NCBI RefSeq assembly: GCF_009914755.1
Contig: NC_060926.1
Reading direction: 5' to 3' (one strand)
DNA length: 64,000 nucleotides
Source of the DNA: the human T2T-CHM13v2.0 reference genome, Homo sapiens
Shown piece after piece: positions 1 to 64,000 of the stretch; position 1 is the stretch's first letter, and the number at the start of each line of letters is the position of its first letter. The position numbers were made by a program, and so were the translations under genes. The notes beneath the pieces were generated by a model that worked only from the letters and a program-made list of their open reading frames with translations, was not told the DNA's origin and searched no databases.

Positions 1-955
1 AATTCCTAGGCAGAACAATTAGACAAGAAAAGAAAAGCATCCTACTCAGAAAAAAGTGAAATTATCTCTAATTGCAGACAACATGATCCTGTATACAGAA
101 AACCCTAAATATTCCACCAAAAACTGTTAGAACTGATGCATGAATTCGATAAGGTTTCAGGATACAAAATAATCTAACAAAGATCAGAAGTGTTTCTGTA
201 TACAAATAACAAACTACCTGAAGAAATTTTTTAAAAATCCCAAGTATGATAGCAACAGAAATTAAATACTTAGGTGTAAATTTAAGCAAAAAATTAAAGG
301 TCCTGTATATGAAAAACTATAAAACACCAATGAACAAAAATTTAAAAACACAAGTAAATGAAAAAAAAATTCATGCTTGTGGATGGGATGAATTAATATT
401 GTGAAAATGAACAAAATACCAAAAGCAACATATTTGATGCAATCACTATCAAAATTCCAATGCCATTCTTTTACAGAAATGGAAAAAAATCTTGACATTT
501 GTATTGAACAGACCTAAAATAGACAAAATAATCTTGAGCAAAAAGAACAAAGCTAGAGACAGCATGCTACCTAATTTTATTACATACTGTAAAACAATTG
601 TAATCATGGTAGTGGCATATAAATGGACAAATTTGCTAAACAAAATGGAAAACCCAGAAATAAATCCACACACGTCAACTTATCTTTGACAAAGGTGCCA
701 AGGACATACAATGGTTAAAGGATAGTCTGTTCTACAAATGGTGTTGAGAAAACTGAATATCCACAGGAAAAATAAAGTTAGTCCCTTAACTTACACCACA
801 TACTAATATCAACTCCAAATGAAGATTTAAATAGAAGGCCTGAACTGTAAAATTACTAGAAGAAAACATAGAGTTAAAGCTCCACAACACTGGTCTCAGC
901 AATACTGTTTTTGATGCAACCCTGATAGCAGTCAACAAAAGCAGAAATAGACAAA
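1..955 (+). mobile_element. Old L1 (L1MA/L1PB-like) ORF2 fragment
   Basis: Degenerate match to L1 ORF2 3' half (agacaagaaaagaaa...ggatacaaaat...gaaaacccagaaataaatccacac...tgacaaaggtgccaag); boundaries approximate. Confidence 0.85.
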
Positions 956-2666
956 TTTCTTGTGGCTTAGTTTTGAATTTCTGGTCATTTACTCAATCTG
1001 GTCATTACTTTCCCACACTTCATGGTTACAAGTACCAGCCAAGACATGGATCCACCTTCCTACTGCAGTATCTGAAAATCACTGTCTGTTCTATCCTCGG
1101 CCTGACCCTCTCTGGCATTCTCGGGATCTACATTTTGATGGAAATGTAATGCTCTGGAACCCTAGGCATATATGAACCAGAAACATGTATGCAGACTCTA
1201 CTTACCGACAGCAACATAGTTGGAAATACAGTAATCACAGTTGGATAGGAACAAATATTTTATATCTCTTTCTTAGAGATCTGGATTCCACTAAAACGGA
1301 TTCATGGATGTCAGGGCATTAGGGGTGTGGACTGATAACAAACCTCTCCTTTTTCAGTGCCAAACCAACTTAGAAATAAAAACAAAAGGTCAGATCAATA
1401 TCCAAATACATTATTCCTCCTAAAGCTGATTTAGAAACTATGGCTTAATGTTGACCAAAAAAGACTTCTAATATTGCCCCCTAGCCTTGACTTTAGAACC
1501 TGAACAAAAAAAAGTTCATCTGAAGAACAGTCAGTTACCCACCCAGTGCAGGGAGGGTCTTCACCTGCCTTCCAAGTCTCCTGTTCAGAATCCAGAGGAG
1601 AAAGAGAGACTAGATGTACTCATTGATCACTGAGTAAGTTTGCCTTACTAATAGGCAAACGTGGACCAATGGATTTGATGGGACCAATGGATAAGATTTC
1701 CCATCCACCAAATAAGTCACATCTTCTCCTGGCTCTGGGAATGAGCCAGATAAAGGTGAAGAGTTGGCAGTGTTTCTACTCAATATTTGTGAGAAGACCG
1801 AAGGTGTTGTCAATGGGTAGATAGAACTGGAATGAGGTGGGAAAGTTTTACTCGTTTGACCAACTTCTTTTTATTCAAGTTGTATATGCTGAAGGTAGCC
1901 GCTAGAAGAATTGACTTCTGGAAAGATGATTCCCCTCACAATTGCTTGATCTTGAGTATTTTTATTTTTGTGTTAAAGAACTGATGTTGGTTTGTGTACA
2001 CTGAAATAATGGGGGGAAGCTCTGTATGGAAGGAAAAGAAAGTTTCCTTTCTTTTCTAGAGCCGTCTGTTCAGGTTATCGGAGTCTCCCTATTCATGGGA
2101 TGAGTGTCCACAACAAACTCCACAATCCTGTGTCTGCTCATTGAAGGTATGTATCAGAGTGACACTTGGAAGCATGGTATAAAGAGGAAATATGCATTTG
2201 TCAAATGAAAAATTAAAATATAAGAAAAAGTTTAAAAGGAAAAACAGAATGAGAAGGGCAGGGGCTTGATTAGAGTTTTGTCAACTGGGACAAACTTTGC
2301 AGTTTTAGTCAAATATTGCCATCTTTCTAGTGGAAGACTTTGACATGTAAGTTCTAGATTATACTTTCATTTATAAATAACTGTGTAGCTTAATGAGATG
2401 GCCCCTGTTAGTATCTTAGGCCATCTATTGAAGGTTTACTAAATTCTTCCAAGGCACGTGAGTCTGCTCCTCAGCAAAGCAGTGACAAACCTGCTTTTCC
2501 CTGGTTTCCCCAACTATGTAAAACCTTATTAAAGAATTCCTGAACAATATAAAGTTCCCTCAGCAAGACGGAACTTCCCAAGCTCTTGTCTCAGGAGAGA
2601 ATGTGGATTATAGAAAGATTGTGGGTGTGAGTGGAGTGGGAAGTTATTTAGGTAGTAAGATTTTCA

Positions 2667-2989
<323 letters not shown>

Positions 2990-3108
2990 TTAAAACACGA
3001 TATAAATTTTCATCAGACATAAAAGATAAAAAATATTTTCATTTAATAAATACTTTTGCATGTCACACATTTAACGGGAAACAAAATATCATGTTAACAG
3101 CCTAGTAA

Positions 3109-3450
<342 letters not shown>

Positions 3451-3535
3451 CAGCACATATTCTTGTTATGCTTTTAAAACTAGTTATTGATTTAAATTTT
3501 ACTCATTAGTAGATTCTAGTGCAGAAGCTATAGAG

Positions 3536-4060
3536 CAGCAGTCCCCAGCCTTTTTGGCACCAGGCAGCAGTTTTGTGAAAGATAATTTTTCCACAGATGG
3601 GGGTTTGGGGGATGGTTTCAGGATGGTGATTCAAGCGTATTACATCTATTGTGCACTTTATTCCTATTATGACTACATTGTAATACATAATGAAATAATT
3701 ACACAACTCATCATAATGGAGAATCAATGGGAGTCCTGAGCTTGTTTTTCTGTAACTAGATGGTCCCATCGTGAAGAGATAGGAGACAATGACATATCAT
3801 CAGGCATTAGAGTCTCATAAGGAGCATGTGACCTAGATCCCTTGAACGAGCAGTTCACAGTAGGATTTTCACTCCTGTGAGAATCTAATGGCTTTGCTGA
3901 TCTGACAGGAGGCAGAGCTCAGGTGATAATGTGAGCAACAGGGAGTGGCTGGAAATACAGATGAAGCTTCACTCGCTTGCCTGCCACTCACCTCCTGCTG
4001 TGCAGCCTGCTTCCTAACAGGTCATGGAACTGTGTGTGGCCTGGGAGTTGGGGACCCCTG
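3536..4060 (+). mobile_element. MER1A hAT-Charlie DNA transposon, complete
   Basis: TIRs cagcagtcccc / ggggacccctg, perfect 8-bp TSD ctatagag at 3528-3535 and 4061-4068. Confidence 0.9.
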
Positions 4061-4289
4061 CTATAGAGGATTCAGATTTAAATTCAGAAGTTAGAATGAA
4101 AAAGAATTATATTCTTTATCTAAATGATTTCACAGTTAACTAAGAGAAAGTCAGTATATGCTGAAAAGCTTATCAGTGTTAATAAGAATGAAAAATATGT
4201 ACAATATGCAATTACTATTAAATATAATTTGCCCATAGTTGCACACCGAATTCATTATCATGGCAGTTAAGTATCAGAGCTTCTGGTTT

Positions 4290-4830
4290 CTCACTCTTCG
4301 TTCATGTATTCAGCAACCATGTGCTAAGGTACTAGGACAAGCACTGGAATTACAAGATAAAGATGATACGGTCCGCCCCTCAACAACTGTATGCTATAAT
4401 CTGAAAAAACAAACAGGCAATTCCCATACAGAGTCATACATACAATGACAAGCATAAGACAGCACTTATTGGAAGACATAGAAGGGATACTAGCCCAGGT
4501 TTGTGTCAATATTGTAGGCTTTTTGGTAGAGGCAATTCATAGGTTGATATCTGAAGGGGAAGGAAAACACATGTAGGATAGAGGGAAGAAGTAAATGCAA
4601 ACAGCTGGAGGTGAAGACGATCACTGTGGAGCTCCATGTAGTCTAGTTTGGCTGGATGCTAGAACAAAGGTGTAGAGTATGGTAAGTGGCGAAAGATAAG
4701 GCTGAATAACTTGACAAGAACCACACTGATGTGAGAGTTTTGATTCCATGCTAAGGAATTTTCAACTTTTCCCAGGGGCAAAAGTAAACCAATGACAAAG
4801 TCAATGACTAGAGATTTAAAATGTCACTGG
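4290..4830 (-). mobile_element. L2 fragment
   Basis: Degenerate L2 3' end pattern (cgttcatgtattcagcaa...gtgctaaggtactagg); approximate bounds. Confidence 0.6.
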
Positions 4831-5264
4831 TCAAGTGACTGCTTGTGACCTGTAATTGCTTAACTAATTATTATCACATGAGTGTGGGGTCTCTTAGCCT
4901 TAAATCACTACCTTAACCTTGAGAAGTTGATAATGCCTTTGTTTTGTGAGAACAGTTTCAGTGTGCAGGCTGATAGTCTATAGGGGTGGCAGAAGAAAAG
5001 TGTAGGGCCAGAAAAAAAGGGATACACAGATTTCTTGCGATTTTTTTAAAGCTATGAAACATGATGAATTAACAAAGCATAAGTACACCCTTCACTATGA
5101 ATGTTTATGTTTTCACATCTTTCACTAGATGTGTGTAAGAAAAAATATTTAATGTAGCATTTATTAACCAAGCAATTGAGAGGGAATACCGTTCACTACT
5201 TAGAGTTTATTTCAGAAATCAATGATTTGAATTTAATTCATAAATTTTGGCAACATACCTTCAT

Positions 5265-59076
<53,812 letters not shown>

Positions 59077-61647
59077 CTGAAAAGCAAAAGGGATACATAA
59101 TCAATCATATGTAAATATGATAATGTTATCCATACATTAATGCATGGATAGCATGTTAGCATCAAGTTTTGTACTCCTGCCTGTATTACTGTAGGCTTTG
59201 ATATTTTATACTTTGTTTCTTGGGACTAAACATGAAGGAAATACACTGAAGAAAATAGGAATACAGGCTTCAAGAAATATACACTGACAATTTCAAATGT
59301 GATATGACTTTCTCCATATGTCTAAAACTAAAATAAAACCATGTCAATATCAATGTGGATATGCTGAGTGATGAGGACAAATGTGATCTAAAATCAGAGT
59401 CCAACTCATACACCTGGGAATCAGCGTCAAAGCAGGTGATACATGCACCCACATGTCTTTCATGCAAGATATCAGAATGATTTGGAATATTTTACTGCAA
59501 ACATTCATCATGCTTTTTAACTTGATTGATCAGTGAGAAGGTACACAATTATAATGACACTTTAGTTGAAATCTCTTCAGTGGAAGTGTCCTAACTTAAT
59601 CAGCTTGGATATATGTTTGGTGAATTCTAGTATGTAATATTCATTATTTCTCACACCCATATGGTGTAATAATGTGCCTACATCTCTTGTATCTTCTAGT
59701 TTAGCCTTCCAAAAGTTCCTTCATCCACTCATTGCAACAAGGTATAATATATAAACTTCATCAAAAAGTGTAATAAATTACCAAATTTGACATACTTTTA
59801 CAAAATAAAGTTTCTACAAGCATTAGATATGAATAAGCTTTTACATCTGGAAATCACTCCAATATTCCTTGAAAATAACCATTTGGGAGTCAAGTAATGA
59901 ATTCAACATTATTTTCACTTCTAAAATAGTCTGGTTAAAGTATCATGTTATTCTCTAGAGAATTTTTATTAAGTTGCTATTTTATCCAATAGCTCCTTGA
60001 AAAACAAAGCCAATGTATGCATATTCACATTTATCTCATTTGAATAACCAATATCAACAAAACATATACCTCTGGTGCCCAATGGTAACAAAGAGGAGCA
60101 ATGAGTCACTGTGGCTTATCCCAATTCTATCACTCTTTCCTGCTTCCAGTAGTTCCTGGAGCAGCCAAAAATCAAATCATCCCTCATGCAAATATTCTAA
60201 ATGCATCTGAAGTGAGTTCACTTAATCTAAGAGTTATAATTTAAAAAATCATTTTATTTATACTCATGAAGACTCCTGATGTTTTTACATTTCCTGGATT
60301 CAGCAGTTCTACCTTCTCACTGTCTCTTCGTCCACTTTTGCAAAAACATACACATCAATGAAATACTGTGTAATCAGATTCCTATGAAAATAAACTAAAC
60401 AAAGTTTCTAAATCACTAGAGACTTCTTTTCTTATAAATAACCAACCAATATGACATAATACATATATATACATATGTCATGATTGTCATGATTATTGGC
60501 AGTTATCTGTTTAGTACTCTAAAAATGCATTCTTTGATTCCTTTTTTTTAAAATCTAGTTTCACATGATATACCATCAGGGTCTCTCAGGTTCTTTTACA
60601 AAATAACTACCTCAGCAAACACAGCTTTCCAAAAACAAAAACAAAAAACAAAAATCTGATGTGAACGAAGCATGTATCATTGATGTCCAAAACTTCTAGG
60701 GAGAAGAAATGAGACCCTGTGGGTTACCCTCATCCTTGTAACTTCTGCTTCTGCTTTCCATTAAGTGACTTCCCACAAGTCTCCTCATCAGAAACTTCCA
60801 AATTACCTCACTAGCTGCTTTCTTTGTTTACACCTGCCCAATTTGACATACATTTTTTTCGTTCATAAATCTAATATCCATATTGGTGGACTTGATTCTT
60901 TGACCTCCACATTCATTTCTTCATTATTTTCACCACCACTGTATGTGACATCTGTACAGTCCCATTCTGACACATGTGAAGATAAGGTTTTGCTTTATTA
61001 AAATGTTAAATGTGTCAGACACTTGACTAATGTGTACAAATTCCTTCTTCACAAAAGCAGCCCCATGGCCTCCTCTCTCCCATAGACACTCTTTCACAGC
61101 TGTTCTTCACTCACATCGGTTTGAGTATCTATCATCTCTTATTTTGTCGCTATGCTTTCACCTCATATTATGAGTTATTATCATAGGCTCAGCAGCCTAT
61201 CTTACCTGTTTTCCTCTCCAGCAGACAGTACTGAGCAATAAACTAGGATTTTCCAGGATATGAACACTTTTATGTACACAACACTTTGTGGAGCTATTTT
61301 ATGTTTAACTACCCATAGCACCACTATGTTTATGCTTTCCAGAGAAATAAGCTCTGAAATTTTATTGAATATAACCTATTTAAAAACTTATTTAACTACA
61401 ATGACAGTCTCTCCTTGATGCACCAAAATCTTCAGAAATAACTTGTGAAGACTTGAAAACATGTCAGTAATTGACATGAAAAATGAAGCACTGACATAAT
61501 TTTTTGCAGGTATAAAAAAGACAAGCTGAGATCCTTACTAGATCCAAGAAGAGCAAAGTACGTTAGACAGGAAATAAATATGGAACACAAATATTTTCAC
61601 TTGTAATGAAAATTCCTCTATTTACAGTTTTCAGAAGAGAAAAAAAT

Positions 61648-61680
61648 ACACACACACACACACACACACATTCACACACA
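61648..61680. repeat. (CA)n microsatellite, interrupted
   Basis: acacacac...attcacacaca. Confidence 0.9.
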
Positions 61681-62581
61681 AAAACCAGAGCAATATGGCT
61701 TTACGGGGTGTTTCTTCATCAAAGTCCTATTTGCCATTTGACATCTGGGAACACTCTATAGGGATCAACAAAGGGGTTCTAAATTGTGATCTGAGTAGTT
61801 TAGAGTTTAACATTCATGAAGGGGAGCCAAGAGGACAAGTAACACTTTGACCATCGGCCATTTCCTCTCCTTACTGTCATTCTCTGAAAAGCACACACTG
61901 GATTTTCTCAGGGTCATGACATGTCAAAAAGACATGCTTTAAGGGGGAAACAGTTGCAATCAACATAGCCATGGGAGAGATGCAGCTATGCTTGCTAGGA
62001 TTTCCAATACTTCTGTTTCATTTCTAATATAATACAAATCAATAAAAGCAACCACATAAGCATATCCATGCTGGTATGTCACCATATTTATGTCCATATG
62101 GTATCAACATGAAGAGAGCATAATTAAATATGCTGCCATCATCACATGGCATATCATTAGATCATACAATAAATCAAATACCTCACTGGGTCAACATGGA
62201 TAGATCTGAAATATATATCACTGATTTTACAAAGACCAAGTTGCAGTCATTTTGTGCACTGTCTGAACTTTTCTACAAGGTTTTAATACACAAAATCAAG
62301 TTCTACATGTTATCTAGGAATATGCACATATGTTGTAAGAGGTTTTTAATGTGCATTTGGGTGATTTCTTTTGCTTTTTTTAAAAAAAAATTTAATTCAA
62401 GTTCTTGGTTACATGTCGTCAATAAGTTTTAGTAGTATAGAGAACCCTAAGACCATAACAGCTCAGAATGACTGTCTTAAAGGCTATGTCTACCAAAGAG
62501 TCAGGATAGCATGACTACTTACTTTCTTCATTTTTAAAACTCAGAGGTACCCCACACACACTCCCAAATAAAACTGCACAC

Positions 62582-63613
62582 AAGTTCTTTAGTTTAATTA
62601 GATCCCATTTGTCAATTTTGGCTTTTGTTGACATTGCTTTTGGTGTTTTAGTCATGAAGTATTTGCCCATGCCTATGTCCTGAATGGTACTGCCTAGGTT
62701 TTCATCCAGGGTTTTTATACATTGAGAACTTAATTTTAAGTCTTTAATGCACCTTGAGTTAATTTTTGTATAAAGTGTAAGGAAGGGGTCCAGTCTCAGT
62801 TTCCTGCATAAGGCTAGCCAGTTTTCCCAACACCATTTATTAAATAGGGAATCCTTTCCCCATTGCTTTTGTCAGGTTTGTCAAAGATCAGATGGTGTAG
62901 GTGTATGGCATTATTTCTGAGGCCTCTGTTCTGTTCCATTGGTCTATATATCTCTTTTGGTACCAGTACCATGCTGTTTTCATTACTGTAGCCTTGTAGT
63001 ATAGTTTGAATCAGGTAGCATGATGCCTCCAGCTTTGTTCTTTTTGCTTAGGATTGTCTTGGCTATATGGGCTCTTTTTTTGGTTCCATATGAAATTTAA
63101 AGTAGTTTTTTCTAATTCTGTGAAGAAAGTCAATGGTAGCTTGATGGGTATAGCATTGAACCTACAAATTACTTTGGGCAGTATGGCCATTTTCAAGATA
63201 TTGATTCTTCCTAACCATGAGCATGGAATGTTTTTCCATTTGTTTGTCTCTTATTTCCTTGAGTGGTGGTTTGTAGTTCTCCTTAAAGAGGTCCTTCAAA
63301 TCCCTTGTGAGTTGTATTCCTTGTTATTTTATTCTCTTTGTAGCAATTGTGTATCGGATTTCACTCATGATTTAGCACTCTATTACTGGTGTATAGGAAT
63401 GCTTGTGAATTTTGCACATTGACTTTGTATCCTGAGACTATGAGGAAGTTGCTTATCAGCTGAAGGAGATTTGGGGCTGAGACAATTTGGTTTTCTAAAT
63501 ATACAATTATGTCATCTGCAAACAGAGACAATTTGACTTCCTTTCTTCCTATTTGAATACCGTTTATTTCTTTCTCTTGCCTGATTACCCTGGCCAGAAC
63601 TTCCAATACTATG
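62582..63613 (-). mobile_element. Inverted 5' segment of a twin-primed L1PA element
   Basis: Antisense L1 ORF2 (ORFs 63011..63196, 63361..63606 are ORF2 fragments). Confidence 0.92.
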
Positions 63614-64000
63614 ATCAGAGTGAACAGGCAACCTACAGAATGGGAGGAAATGTTTGCAATCTGTCCACCTGAAAAAGGCCTAATATCTAGAATCTACAAG
63701 GAACTTAAATAAATTTACAAGAAAAGAACAAACAATCTCATCAAAAAGTGGGCAAAGGATATGAACAGACACTTCTCAAAAGAATACATTTATGCAGCCA
63801 ACAAACATCTGAAAAAAAGCTCATCATCACTGATCATTAGAGAAATGCAAATCAAAACCACAATGAGATAACATCTCATGCCATTTAGAAAGGCAATCGT
63901 TAAAAGGTCAGGAAACAACAGATGCTGGAGCAGATGTGGAGAAATAGGAATGCTTTTACACTGTTGGTGGGAGTGTCAATTAGTTCAACCATTGTGGAAG
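63614..64000 (+). mobile_element. Sense 3' segment of the same L1PA, runs off window
   Basis: atcagagtgaacaggcaacctacagaatggg... resumes 22 nt after where the inverted part stops. Confidence 0.92.

Noticed and set aside
1638-1692. 8-bp hairpin (gtttgcct/aggcaaac) and tandem ggaccaatggat CCAAT repeat as a promoter
   Set aside because: Short, no CpG island or other support; compatible with chance or local slippage

Overview
Human/great-ape genomic DNA (AT-rich, Alu/L1/L2/MER-laden). The window holds the 3' ~80% of an ANKRD36-family gene on the minus strand, most likely ANKRD36B. I could thread 37 GT-AG coding exons from 59076 down to a TAG at 5265 without a frameshift or stop (3296 nt before the stop, ~1099 aa). 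These are 14 tandem ~1.87-kb units, each with a 29-nt + 73-nt exon pair encoding a 34-aa repeat, followed by 9 exons of the ANKRD26/CCDC144-type coiled-coil C-terminus. The ankyrin exons lie beyond the right edge. Introns contain a dead full-length 6160-bp L1PA3 with a 17-bp TSD, a twin-primed (5'-inverted) L1, six Alus, a MER4 solo LTR and many older elements. Most notable: every array unit also carries a dead third exon homologous to an ANKRD26 exon, with a TGA shared by all 14 copies; one copy (54046-54150) keeps both splice sites and is a candidate poison exon. Also seen are a 10-unit higher-order duplication, a near-perfect gene-conversion tract, a 1.1-kb fossil CCDC144A-type exon and a templated insertion. 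I see no prokaryotic-type system (CRISPR etc.). Paralogue and repeat-family names come from memory, not from database searches.
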